64,000 nucleotides of DNA. Source: Armatimonadota bacterium (lineage in GTDB: Bacteria; Armatimonadota; UBA5829; DTLH01). A model generated the notes under the pieces. It was given only the letters and a program-made list of their open reading frames with translations. It did no database searches and was not told the DNA's origin. Location: contig JBDKUN010000056.1 in the NCBI GenBank assembly GCA_039679675.1, positions 84,725-148,724 of the forward strand, read 5' to 3'. Shown here piece by piece: positions 48,258-58,131 of this stretch (position 1 is its first letter; every line of letters starts with the position of its first letter). Both the position numbers and the translations under genes were made by a program.

Positions 48258-48479
48258 GTTCACAGGTTTTCGGCACCTGCTGATTCCCGACAATCGTTCG
48301 AAAATCTCCCGGAAGGTTACAGGCATGACTTGAACCGGAAACTCATCCAGGTTACGGGGCTGGCCGAAAAGCTTTTTTCGGGCTCTCCGGTGTGCGAGAC
48401 AAGCGAAAACTGACTCACCAGAAAGCCTATAGTAGTGGCTATTGTTGATAATGCCGCCTATCGACGGCACATTGTAAAC

Positions 48480-48704
48480 TTATTTTTTCAATACATCGGG
48501 CAATTCTTCGCTTTTAATCGATTGTTGAGCAACCCGGATGTTCTCGGCTTTGATCTGCTCCAGCAGTTCCTTGCGATGTACGGAGATAGCCTTCGGCGCA
48601 TCGATACCGATTCTTACCTGTTCGCCGCGTACTTCGATAACGGTAAGTTCAATATTGTCGCCTATGATAATCGATTGGCCTACTTTTCTGGCTAAGACCA
48701 ACAT
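48480..48704 (-). CDS. csrA: Carbon storage regulator CsrA
   Basis: [30 protein letters not shown] plus C-terminal ENxxxA extension. Confidence 0.96.
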   Translation of the reverse strand: MLVLARKVGQSIIIGDNIELTVIEVRGEQVRIGIDAPKAISVHRKELLEQIKAENIRVAQQSIKSEELPDVLKK

Positions 48705-48716
48705 TGTGCTGTCCTT

Positions 48717-49181
48717 TCAGGCTGCCTTTGCCGTGCGTCTCGCTGTCCCGGTCGTAGATTTCCGGGGCTGCGATCGGCCGGTGCTTTGGCGCTCGCCATC
48801 TAACACTACCTGGAGGCCGGTCAATGATTTGCTGTTTATGATTATCGGGCAAGCAAAGTTAATGGTCACTTCGCAATCGTTCGAACCAGCATCCGCAACG
48901 GTCAAGGCTAGAATATCCTCTGAATGATAGGCATCCAGATAATCGGCTTCAACCGGGCTCAACTCTATATGATAATCGGGTGCGACCTCCCATGGGTCCA
49001 CGACAAGAAGTGCAAGGTCGGGACGAGTGGTGCACTGCAGCCAATTGAATACACTGTCGGGATGCTCGCGCAGAATACAAAACTCCGTAGCATCCTCGTA
49101 GCCGATGATTCCCCTTTGCAGGTTGATCAACGATTTATCATCGACTTCTATTCGTCCAAAACGCGTAGTCTCGATTATCAT
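48717..49181 (-). CDS. fliW: Flagellar assembly factor FliW
   Basis: IETTRFG, GIIGYE, WLQ, VVDPW..PDY, TINFACPIIIN; adjacent to csrA. Confidence 0.9.
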   Translation of the reverse strand: MIIETTRFGRIEVDDKSLINLQRGIIGYEDATEFCILREHPDSVFNWLQCTTRPDLALLVVDPWEVAPDYHIELSPVEADYLDAYHSEDILALTVADAGSNDCEVTINFACPIIINSKSLTGLQVVLDGERQSTGRSQPRKSTTGTARRTAKAA

Positions 49182-49295
49182 CTGGTTAAAGCCCTTAAGT
49201 CCTTATTACAGCATCTGACACCGGTTGCAGGTGTCTCAAGCATAGTGAAGCATTACAAGCCATCATCCACTCATGCTGAACTACTACCGATTGTT

Positions 49296-49323
49296 TAATC
49301 AGCAAATTTACCAGGAATCTTTA
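49296..49323 (-). promoter_or_regulatory. Possible sigma28 (FliA/SigD) promoter
   Basis: TAAA-N16-GCTGATTA versus consensus TAAA-N15/16-GCCGATAA. Confidence 0.4.
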
Positions 49324-49374
49324 GGGTTTTGGTTGAAAAAACAGGAGAATAGATGGAAAATTTTCAGATGAACT

Positions 49375-50457
49375 CTATTCTTTTGAAAGCCTGTCCTCTA
49401 TATACTCATAGAATTCGAGGTTGGTAGCTTCACCATGATCGAGATCTATCTCGGGCATCGGCCTTTTCATGACGTATAGCAGGTGGCTTTCGAGGGCGCA
49501 GAGGTCGTGTTTTCTGTCGATCTCGAGGAGGCCTCGGAGTGAGCTGTCGGGGATTCTGCCTTTAAGTTCGTGGGGGATTGCTGCGAGGAATGTGAGCCTG
49601 TATACGTCATCCCTGGTTATTTCCAGATCTGGATAGACGGTTTCGATATATCTGGCCAGCTGGCCGTCCTGGTTGCCGTTGTGACCGGCGAATTTTTCGA
49701 TGGTGTCTACTGCATCAGCAAGAAATGTTCCGACTGCGGCTGAGAGCCCGTGGAGCTTTCCTGCTATCACGATTGCCGCGTCGTCCGATTGTCCCGGCCC
49801 GCCGGTGTGCCTGATGAACATATTTATGGTATTCTCATCGGGGTGATCGACTATCAGCCCTGCTTCCCGGAACTTGTTGAGCCTGCTTGCATGTGCTTCA
49901 TGAGCGAGCACATCTCCGGTCAGCCCCATCTCCTGCATGACCTGCTTGTTTACCGGATAATTCTGTCCGGAGCCTATCTCCGCTCCATAGCGCTTCTCCG
50001 TTTCCAGCCTTATGGATGGTTCGTCACGCATTCCACCCAGATACAACCCCTGCAGCACTCCTTTCGGATCTACCTGCAAATATCTGAATGTGCCGACCCG
50101 GAAAAGCGGTTCGCCGTCGGCATTGGAAAGCGAATTATCCGTCTTTCTGTTGACGGTCCGGTCTATGTAGTCCTTGATTTCATCGATGAGCGACTGGCGG
50201 TCGCTTTTGACTATGTCCGGGTTCATCCTGAGCGCCCGCACGACATCGTCTTCCGTCGTATTCCTGAACTGGCGGCCGTGGAAGATGCCATGCCCCATGT
50301 GCGCATGGCTTGTGACTGAATCAATCAGCACAATATGCTGCACATCCCAGGATGTGCGCATCGTGACCCTCGAAATAAGCTCTCGAAAGTCATCATTTAT
50401 GACATCGCGCGGTGGAACATGGTTTTTGAATTGCTTTTTGGATGACCTGTTCTTCAT
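49375..50457 (-). CDS. Hypothetical protein
   Basis: 360-aa ORF co-oriented with its neighbours, RBS GAGG; no family recognised. Confidence 0.75.
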   Translation of the reverse strand: MKNRSSKKQFKNHVPPRDVINDDFRELISRVTMRTSWDVQHIVLIDSVTSHAHMGHGIFHGRQFRNTTEDDVVRALRMNPDIVKSDRQSLIDEIKDYIDRTVNRKTDNSLSNADGEPLFRVGTFRYLQVDPKGVLQGLYLGGMRDEPSIRLETEKRYGAEIGSGQNYPVNKQVMQEMGLTGDVLAHEAHASRLNKFREAGLIVDHPDENTINMFIRHTGGPGQSDDAAIVIAGKLHGLSAAVGTFLADAVDTIEKFAGHNGNQDGQLARYIETVYPDLEITRDDVYRLTFLAAIPHELKGRIPDSSLRGLLEIDRKHDLCALESHLLYVMKRPMPEIDLDHGEATNLEFYEYIEDRLSKE

Positions 50458-50569
50458 AAACCTCAGCCTTTCTAATAAATCTTAACAATAGCAGGGCTTT
50501 CGGTCAAGACTTCGCGAACAGGTCTTCTCGTAATTCTTTTTGTGATTCAACAGCCCAAGAGCTCTTCAA

Positions 50570-51490
50570 TCAGCAGACTTTTCCTGAGCACCCGAAGACG
50601 CGCATCCGCTCCCGAACTGTTTCCTTGACAGCTTGGCGCGCAGGAGCCAGAAATTTACGGATGTCATATTTTCTCGTCTTTCCCAATTGGTCTGCTGTTT
50701 CGTGTTCTTTCTCCGTTTCAGCGATTATTTCCTTAGTAGCTTCATACCAGGCCACCCTCATCTGGGTGTCTATGTTGACCTTCCGTATACCAAGAGAAAT
50801 AGCCTTCGTTACGGCATCGTCCGGGACACCTGTGCCGCCATGCATGACCAAAGGGATGTCCACAGCATTATTTATCTGCTCAAGCCGGTCATGAACAATT
50901 GTAGGAACCCCATGAAAGAGCCCGTGTGTCGTCCCTATGGCTACTGCGAGCGAATCGATACCTGTCATTTCGACGAATTCCTTCGCCTGCTGAGGATCGG
51001 TAAGGGCTTTTCCAGGGTCATCGGTGGCTATTTCCGCTCCGATCTGGCCCAGCCTTCCGAGTTCAGCCTCGACCGTCACCCCAAGTGCATGAGCCGCCTC
51101 GACCACCTTTTGCGTGACCTCCACATTCTCTTCGTAGCTTCTCGGCGTCTTTCCATCTGGTTGAAGAGACCCATCTATCATTACGGATGAAAAACCGATC
51201 CTCAAAAACCTCATGACGATGTCGAATGAGCGTCCGTGGTCGAGATGGACCGCAATCGGCATCTTCGATTTACCGACCAGCACGAATACCATAGCGGCAA
51301 GTTCTTCCGGGTCGGTATAATTCATTGTCGTCTGGGTGATCTGAAGTATAAGCGGGCTGTGTTCGTCGTCAGCAGCTCCGATAATCGCCTGTGCGGTCTC
51401 CATATTGACTGCGTTGAACGCGCCGACAGCATAGCCGCCTTTTTCCGCCGCCTGAAGCAATTCCTTAGCGGGAACCAGTGTCATCTTCAT
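50570..51490 (-). CDS. fba: Class II fructose-bisphosphate aldolase
   Basis: AVGAFN, HLDHG, SVMIDGS, VEAELG, AIGTTHG, VMHGGTG, KVNIDT. Confidence 0.93.
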   Translation of the reverse strand: MKMTLVPAKELLQAAEKGGYAVGAFNAVNMETAQAIIGAADDEHSPLILQITQTTMNYTDPEELAAMVFVLVGKSKMPIAVHLDHGRSFDIVMRFLRIGFSSVMIDGSLQPDGKTPRSYEENVEVTQKVVEAAHALGVTVEAELGRLGQIGAEIATDDPGKALTDPQQAKEFVEMTGIDSLAVAIGTTHGLFHGVPTIVHDRLEQINNAVDIPLVMHGGTGVPDDAVTKAISLGIRKVNIDTQMRVAWYEATKEIIAETEKEHETADQLGKTRKYDIRKFLAPARQAVKETVRERMRVFGCSGKVC

Positions 51491-51698
51491 TCCTCCGGTT
51501 CGAGAAATTTATGTACTTTACTTGAATATACCTTGCAGGATGATCGCTGAACCGCACTTGCAGAGTTCCGGCAGTTGATATAACGGAATTACCCGAAACG
51601 CGGTAGATAAAAGCCCCGGATTCTATCGGAAATATGCCTTACAGATACTCGTCTTGTTTGCTTGTGTGGTAAAAAACTACTTTTGGAGGTCTGGAGAA

Positions 51699-52316
51699 AT
51701 GAAGAGATTTTATGTATTGCTCGTTGTATGCCTGGTGGCTGCGATTGCAGCGCCGCTTTACAGCCAGTTTTCCTCGTTGACGTCGAACGGACTTATGATG
51801 TCGTTCAACACGAGCCAGGAAAGATATGAGGTTACGGAGCCTGTAGACCTGCAGATGGTCCTGGTGAACAAATACCACGCTGCTTTGCAGTATGAATTCG
51901 TCAATACGCCGGTCTGCGACTTCTGGATTACGACGTCGAGCGGCAAAGAAATATGGCGCTACAGCACGAGCCGGTCGTTCAACGGCAAAACAGAGGTCAA
52001 ACTGGAGCCGGGCGAGTCAAAAATCTGCAGAGTGACCTGGAGACAGACCGACAACTATGGCAGGCAGGTAGAGCCGGGCTGGTATGAGGTATACGCGAAG
52101 TTTTCACGGGCTGACAGGGACGTGGAGCCTTTCCATACCAAGATCAAGATAGACGAAAACTCCGGCACATCTTCGGTTACGGTCGTAATCCCATTGACGA
52201 CTGATAAAATCGACCCGGTTTCTGATGTAGGAAAGAATGTGACTGTCAATGGGACTCTCCGCCGCAATAACCAGGGGCTCTACATAGAAGTGAGTGATAT
52301 CCGGGTAAAACGCTAA
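51699..52316 (+). CDS. Secreted BsuPI (intracellular proteinase inhibitor)-like domain protein
   Basis: Signal peptide; DFWI..GKEIWRYS..F..LEPGE..W.Q..G.QV.PG.Y pattern. Confidence 0.7.
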   Translation: MKRFYVLLVVCLVAAIAAPLYSQFSSLTSNGLMMSFNTSQERYEVTEPVDLQMVLVNKYHAALQYEFVNTPVCDFWITTSSGKEIWRYSTSRSFNGKTEVKLEPGESKICRVTWRQTDNYGRQVEPGWYEVYAKFSRADRDVEPFHTKIKIDENSGTSSVTVVIPLTTDKIDPVSDVGKNVTVNGTLRRNNQGLYIEVSDIRVKR

Positions 52317-52318
52317 GG

Positions 52319-53149
52319 GTGAACTTTATGAAACTATTGTTTGCAGTCATAGCAGCGGCAGCGATTGCCACACCAGTTTTCGATTCCGGAAAACCCGGCA
52401 TTTTTCATATAACGAGGATTGCGAACGTGACTACTGCGGAATCAACAGTACCGGCGCAGCCTGTAAGCGGCGTCAAGACAGATAAACAGAGCTATTCTCT
52501 CGGCGAGCCCATCAAAATGACATTTGTGGTGGAAAACCCCACGCAGCGGAATATCGTTTTGAAGTTCTCATCCAGCCAGATCTACGACATCTGGGCAGAA
52601 AAAGACAGTAAAGAGGTGTGGCGCTGGTCCCGCGGCAAGTTCTTTACGCAGGCGCTTACTTCCATCACGTTGAAGCCGGGTGAAAGGCGAACCTTCCAGG
52701 AGACTTGGAACCAGACTTCGAACGATGGGCAGCAGGTCTCTCCTGGAGCCTACAGCGTTTTCGCCCAGCTCATGACGATGCAGCCAAGGCCGACACCTGT
52801 CATGACGCAGATAACAATCGGCAGCGTGCAGGCAATCATAAAAACGATGACCGTCAGCGCCATAGTCAGCAATATCGATGCGGCAGTCGGACAGACGGTG
52901 CAGTTGAGCGGCACGTACCTCGGCTGGAGGCCGGACCCGAACTCTCCGGTTTGTAAACAGGGGCCGCCTGTTACCAGATCGGACTGGGCGATATCCGACC
53001 AGACCGGATGTATATACGTGACGGGGCCAAGCGGACTGGACCCGACCGATGATTACGGTAAAAGCATCTCCATCACTGGCATAGTGAGGAAGACGGCAAA
53101 AGAACAGCCGTATATCGAAGTGAGGACAGTCATATTAAACCAGCCTTAG
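52319..53149 (+). CDS. Secreted BsuPI-like domain protein with C-terminal OB-like domain
   Basis: FSSSQIYD..EVWRWSRGKFFTQAL..LKPGE; PPVTRSDWAISDQTGCIYV. Confidence 0.75.
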   Translation: MNFMKLLFAVIAAAAIATPVFDSGKPGIFHITRIANVTTAESTVPAQPVSGVKTDKQSYSLGEPIKMTFVVENPTQRNIVLKFSSSQIYDIWAEKDSKEVWRWSRGKFFTQALTSITLKPGERRTFQETWNQTSNDGQQVSPGAYSVFAQLMTMQPRPTPVMTQITIGSVQAIIKTMTVSAIVSNIDAAVGQTVQLSGTYLGWRPDPNSPVCKQGPPVTRSDWAISDQTGCIYVTGPSGLDPTDDYGKSISITGIVRKTAKEQPYIEVRTVILNQP

Positions 53150-53244
53150 CACGAACGGTTATAGTCCAGGAGCATAGAACAGGGACGAGATGCATACTGA
53201 AGATAGAAGTCTGCACCATTCATACCAACCACCATCCCCATAAT

Positions 53245-53356
53245 AAAAGAAGCCCCGTTCTGCGCCTGGGTTTTACTCCCGTCTCTTTCATCTCCGGCTT
53301 AACCGGAAATGTCGTTAGGGAGAACCATACGCAGGAGCGGGGCTCTCTGGTATCTC
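53245..53356 (-). ncRNA. Candidate ~110-nt rod-like sRNA or extended terminator
   Basis: TATAAT at 53363-53368 (minus); outer stem GAGCCCCGCTCCTGCG/CGCAGAACGGGGCTTC; inner stems; U-tract. Confidence 0.4.
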
Positions 53357-53415
53357 ACTGATATTATACCCGGCCGCAGCAGGTTATAACCCACGCGCAG
53401 CCGGGTGGTATGATA

Positions 53416-56400
53416 TTATTCGACAATCTCCAGAGGAAACTTGATTGAGTTGGAGTTTCCTGCTGCGTCAATGGCCTTGACTTCCACTGTGTGCTTGCCC
53501 AAATCGATTGGCTGAGTCTCAACGGTAAACTGTTCGGATGGAGAATCGAATATTCCGTCCGTTGCCGCCGCTGCCATCCAATCGCCGTTATCGATCCTGT
53601 ACTGAACGCCAACGATTGCAATCGAGTCGTGGTAAGCGGACCCATTGAAACTTACACAGCGGTCTGGACTGATCTTGGCATCCTTCTTGTATACTTCCAC
53701 CTTAGGTGGCTTGTTGGATATGGTGATCGGGCCGACTACCTTCTCGCCCGTCAGGAACCCTACCGCATTGCTCACTCTATCGCTCGCAACGACTTTTACC
53801 ATGTAAGACCCGTCAGGGACTTTTGTCGTGTCCCAACTATAATTTGTCTGCCTGGTCGAACCGTTCCCGGACGAACTGCCTGCCGGTTTAGCCGCAGGCT
53901 GTGAAGTCTGGCCTGCACTGGCACTGATTACCTTAGCTATCGCAGCCGGAGCCTGAGCGAGTATTTGTGCTTTTGCTTCCGGGGTTATCTCCGGGTGCTT
54001 GTCCAACTCGGCTTTGATCTTCGCAAGCACCTCACTCTCGTTCTTCGATGACCTCAAAAGCGCACCCAGGTCGATACTCATCACTTCGGATGACTTAGGC
54101 CTGGCCTGCTGCTGTGCCTCCGGCTTGGCCGGGGCAGGCGCTGCCTCTCCTGACTGCTTTATACCGCTTGTAAGGGTATGCCAGGTCTTGCCTTCGTCGG
54201 CTGAGTAGTAAAGATCGTATGAAAGTGAGTCCTTGTCCGGGTCCAGCGCAGTCCATTTTATAGTCTGGGTCTTGCTCACGATAGATCCGGCGGCTGGTTC
54301 ATTGATAGAGACCATCGGTGCGCGGTTCTCGGTCAGATATGAGATATTCACTTGGTCGAGTACCGGCGAAGCCGCGTTTGAACCGCTCAAGAACGCTCTG
54401 TACTGGATGTACCGACCGGCGGGACTGCTGATTTCCTGTCCGGACGCATTCGTATAAGCCGCCGACCATGCACTCCAGCTATTGTCGGGCTTCGATATGC
54501 TGCCTGACCTCGTCTGCAGCATAATCGATGAGCCTTCGGGGTTCTGGGCAATCCAACTTATCCGTCCCCATTTCGCCGTCAGCCCCGCATCGTGAACGGG
54601 CGATGTGTAAGTCCCGTTGACCGGATCAATTGAGCTGTAGACTGATCCCATATTGGCTGTACCCGCGAAGAGCGCGCCGTCAGGAGTGATCGCAAGCGAT
54701 ACAAACTGCGCACCTGAGTTCCTGGCATCGAGAGCCGCTGTTGTCTCGTCGGGAAGTATTTTGTATATCTCTTCATCGGAAGCCACATACACGTTGTTCT
54801 CGTGGTCTGTGACGAGGGAGAGCGCGTGCGGCGCTCTGTCGAACACAGGCTTGGCCATCCCTGATGGGGATATTCTGTAGATAATACCTTTGCTCGACCC
54901 GGTACCTGCATAAATGTTACCGAGACCGTCCGCCGCAAGGCATGTTACGGAGTCTTCCGACGCATTGTAGATCGGAGAAGCTGTTCCATCGGGCATAATC
55001 TCGAAGACCACGCCGCCATTTCCCGTGCCGGCATAGAGGTTGCCGGTCTTGCCTACTGTAAGTGAAAGCACGGAGCTTTTGGGCAGCTTCACGAACTCTT
55101 TGGCTTGCCCGGAAGGAGTGATCTTGTAGATGATACCGGCGTCGCCGGTCGCGGCATAAACATTGTCGCTGTCGTCTACGGCCAACGCCACTATATACTT
55201 CTGCTCCGCGTCGAAGACCACTTTGCCCTTGCCATCCGGGCTTATCTGGAAAATCTTGCCGTTGGGGGATGTCCCAGCGTAGACATTTCCTTTTGAGTCT
55301 CTTGCAAGGCTGTGTACCTGAAGCTCTCCGGTCTTGAAGAAGACAGAGTTTGCACCGTTTTTATTTATCCGGTAGATAAGTCCGCTGCTGCCTGTGCCTG
55401 CGAACGCTCCGCCGTTTCCATCCGGGATTACCTGCCAGACATAGTCCGCAGACAGATCGGAGAGTTTGTCCATTGCCGGGATCAGCCGGATGTCGTTGGC
55501 ATCGGTTGCCGCTGTGGACTCGAACTTACCGGCTGAGAACTCCTTCAGGCTGCTCTGATTCCAGACGCTGGGCTGCCTGCCTACTGGTTTCTCTTCACTC
55601 GATGCTGCAGGGCTCTGTTCCGGCTTGGCTTCCGGTGCTTTTGCACCAGGCGCTGCTTCAGACTTGACTGCATTCCCATTCGCCGGTTTTGTCGTGACGG
55701 AAGCACTCTTCTTTTCGATCTTGGGTGTGACCGAAGCCTCAGCCATAGGGACATTCGACAGTTCAGGGGACTCGGTTGCCCGGCTTGCATAGAATGCTTC
55801 CGAACCGTCCGGCACAGGACTGGCATCTTCAGCGGATGCCAAAGACGCGGTCTGCGGGGCGGACGGGACTGCCTGCGGCTGGTCCGAAGCCGGTTTTTCA
55901 CCCGTCTGCTGGCGCTCGACCTTGATGGTAAGCGACTGTGAGCCGGTCACGATGCAGTCCATTGGTTCCACAGTCTTGATCTCATCGCGTTCCAGCTTGA
56001 GGCCGGTAGCTTTGGGCGATTTCATCACATTTGCGATAGAATCAGGAAGATCGGTGAGCTTCTCTCCACCGACGTTCAACGCCATAGTCGGAAGCTGCAA
56101 CCTGGCAACGAGGTCGTTGTTCTGATCGCGTTCCAGATACTTGTCGATGATCTGCCGGATGTTTTCGGCACCGCCGCCGGGCGCGGGAGCCGCCTTGGCG
56201 GTATCACCATCAATGGCACTGAGCGCCAGAGTCTGGCTGTCTCCACCGGCGATTCCGCCGGAAATCTTCAGGCTGAGCTTGCTGTCCGGTGTATCTTCCG
56301 GCAGCTTTACCTTGATGTACTTCGTGAACTTTTCACCTTTGTACGGCCTGAGGTCCACGCCGACATTGATCGTTTCACCGGGCTGATATTCGTTCTTGGG

Positions 56401-57792
56401 GATAAATATCCGTTCTATGTCCGCTGTCTTCCGTCCGGACTCGATCTTGACTGTCATATGGACGGACTTGACATCTACCGGATGGAATCGGTTTCCAGCC
56501 AGAATGCTGAGCAGCCCCTGAAGGTCATCCATCGATTCAACTTCGATTTCCGATGGGTTGAAAAATATATTTTTGCGCTCGATCTTTCCGACCTGGTCCG
56601 CATCTATCGTAAGATCGACAGTAGCCATTGCATCGCCAGGTATTCCGTGGACCTGGGCAATGGCTTCTGATGCGACTGACAGGATCAGCTTCGGCGCAAG
56701 AGCCGGATGGTTGACTACTTTGACGTTCAGAGTGCGCTTCCTGCCGATGGCTTTGTCGTCCACATCCACTGTAACGGGGATCATCTTGGGCATTTTGCCG
56801 ATCTCTCCACCGATGGACCACGGTCTGTCTTCGAATATCCGCCCGACGGTCTTCATCGGTGACGCGATCTTGAACGAGACATTGTAATCCGGATAGACGT
56901 CATGTACCCATGCGGTGGTCATAGGAGCATCGATTGGCCCGACTTCGAGCATCGGGTGGCCGAATGCCACGATTTTGTTTCCTCTTCGGTAAGTGACGGT
57001 CCCCACACCGGTCATATCGATGTCGCCGGTGACGAGCGCCATTCCGACGGATGAACCAGGCTTGAGTTCGACCTGAACAGGATCAGCCTTTGCTCCGGGT
57101 CCAGCCATGGGGAGCATTCCGTAGGGCGCGAACATATTGGTGAGACCGGTTATGCCCCGGCTGCTCATTCCGCTTACCATAATCGGAGTCATCAGCTGGG
57201 TCATAACGAGCGTTCCCTTGGCAGGAGTGGTACCGGCGGAAGCGGAATCTCTGAACTCGATGCGGTTTATGATCTCACCGTCGATATTGAGAGGCGTGTT
57301 GAGCTGGGTTGTCGATGAAGCAGTGCTGGAAAGGCCTGATGGATGAGCTGGAAGTTTCGGATCGAGCGAGTCCAGCATATCCTCTATCGGCGTCAGCATT
57401 CCGAGCGGTTCTCTGGAGAACGCGCCGGGGCCGTACGCGACCGCGCCTATGATCCTGCCGTTTACATAGACCGGGCTGCCGCTCATCCCCTGGATGATAT
57501 TAGCCTTGCGTTCCGTTACGGGGCCGCCGATGAGCCTTACGAAAATCTGATCTTTGCCGTTATTGGCTTTTCGGAGGATTCCGAGAACCTCGACATTGAA
57601 TTTTTCGATCTTACTCCCTTTGAAAACCGTCAGCCCGTAGCCTTTCATTCCGGCATGGACCTCCGATAGAGGCATTATGTAATTCAAATCCTCTTTAATG
57701 ACGCCGGGGGAAGTGCCGGCATAGGCAAAAGAGGCGATCATGGAAATAGCGAATGCCGCTACCAGAAAGATACCGATACGTCTTTTTAACAT
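53416..57792 (-). CDS. SpoIVB peptidase S55 domain protein fused to beta-propeller repeats and Ig-like domains
   Basis: GMKGYGLTVF, IIQGMSGSPVY, AFGHP; repeated GNxYAGTxxxGxIYxI; signal peptide. Confidence 0.88.
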   Translation of the reverse strand: MLKRRIGIFLVAAFAISMIASFAYAGTSPGVIKEDLNYIMPLSEVHAGMKGYGLTVFKGSKIEKFNVEVLGILRKANNGKDQIFVRLIGGPVTERKANIIQGMSGSPVYVNGRIIGAVAYGPGAFSREPLGMLTPIEDMLDSLDPKLPAHPSGLSSTASSTTQLNTPLNIDGEIINRIEFRDSASAGTTPAKGTLVMTQLMTPIMVSGMSSRGITGLTNMFAPYGMLPMAGPGAKADPVQVELKPGSSVGMALVTGDIDMTGVGTVTYRRGNKIVAFGHPMLEVGPIDAPMTTAWVHDVYPDYNVSFKIASPMKTVGRIFEDRPWSIGGEIGKMPKMIPVTVDVDDKAIGRKRTLNVKVVNHPALAPKLILSVASEAIAQVHGIPGDAMATVDLTIDADQVGKIERKNIFFNPSEIEVESMDDLQGLLSILAGNRFHPVDVKSVHMTVKIESGRKTADIERIFIPKNEYQPGETINVGVDLRPYKGEKFTKYIKVKLPEDTPDSKLSLKISGGIAGGDSQTLALSAIDGDTAKAAPAPGGGAENIRQIIDKYLERDQNNDLVARLQLPTMALNVGGEKLTDLPDSIANVMKSPKATGLKLERDEIKTVEPMDCIVTGSQSLTIKVERQQTGEKPASDQPQAVPSAPQTASLASAEDASPVPDGSEAFYASRATESPELSNVPMAEASVTPKIEKKSASVTTKPANGNAVKSEAAPGAKAPEAKPEQSPAASSEEKPVGRQPSVWNQSSLKEFSAGKFESTAATDANDIRLIPAMDKLSDLSADYVWQVIPDGNGGAFAGTGSSGLIYRINKNGANSVFFKTGELQVHSLARDSKGNVYAGTSPNGKIFQISPDGKGKVVFDAEQKYIVALAVDDSDNVYAATGDAGIIYKITPSGQAKEFVKLPKSSVLSLTVGKTGNLYAGTGNGGVVFEIMPDGTASPIYNASEDSVTCLAADGLGNIYAGTGSSKGIIYRISPSGMAKPVFDRAPHALSLVTDHENNVYVASDEEIYKILPDETTAALDARNSGAQFVSLAITPDGALFAGTANMGSVYSSIDPVNGTYTSPVHDAGLTAKWGRISWIAQNPEGSSIMLQTRSGSISKPDNSWSAWSAAYTNASGQEISSPAGRYIQYRAFLSGSNAASPVLDQVNISYLTENRAPMVSINEPAAGSIVSKTQTIKWTALDPDKDSLSYDLYYSADEGKTWHTLTSGIKQSGEAAPAPAKPEAQQQARPKSSEVMSIDLGALLRSSKNESEVLAKIKAELDKHPEITPEAKAQILAQAPAAIAKVISASAGQTSQPAAKPAGSSSGNGSTRQTNYSWDTTKVPDGSYMVKVVASDRVSNAVGFLTGEKVVGPITISNKPPKVEVYKKDAKISPDRCVSFNGSAYHDSIAIVGVQYRIDNGDWMAAAATDGIFDSPSEQFTVETQPIDLGKHTVEVKAIDAAGNSNSIKFPLEIVE

Positions 57793-58074
57793 TGATGAGC
57801 TTTCTCCCAAATTCTCTACTGAAATCGGCAAAAAAGTGCGGACATATTTTTGCATTCAGTTGATTCAGATGATATTAATACCGTGGCCGACTCCGCCGCA
57901 AGAGTTTCGTTTGTGAAACACATAGAATTAATACGCACGGTAGAGCCGAAATGATGCCCTTCAGTCATTACTTTTCACGGTAGATTATTCTATTGGGCGG
58001 GATTTTGGTCAGTAATGAGGCAAAATCCGCCGTGATATTTATAGATTTTCGGCAATAGCCGAAAATCCTGCAGA

Positions 58075-58099
58075 GAGTTTCAGCTAATAACTGAAACTC
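58075..58099. terminator. Hairpin after the alpha/beta hydrolase gene
   Basis: GAGTTTCAG/CTGAAACTC. Confidence 0.45.
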
Positions 58100-58131
58100 A
58101 TTAAATACAGACGGCTGCCTGGAGCAAAGTG

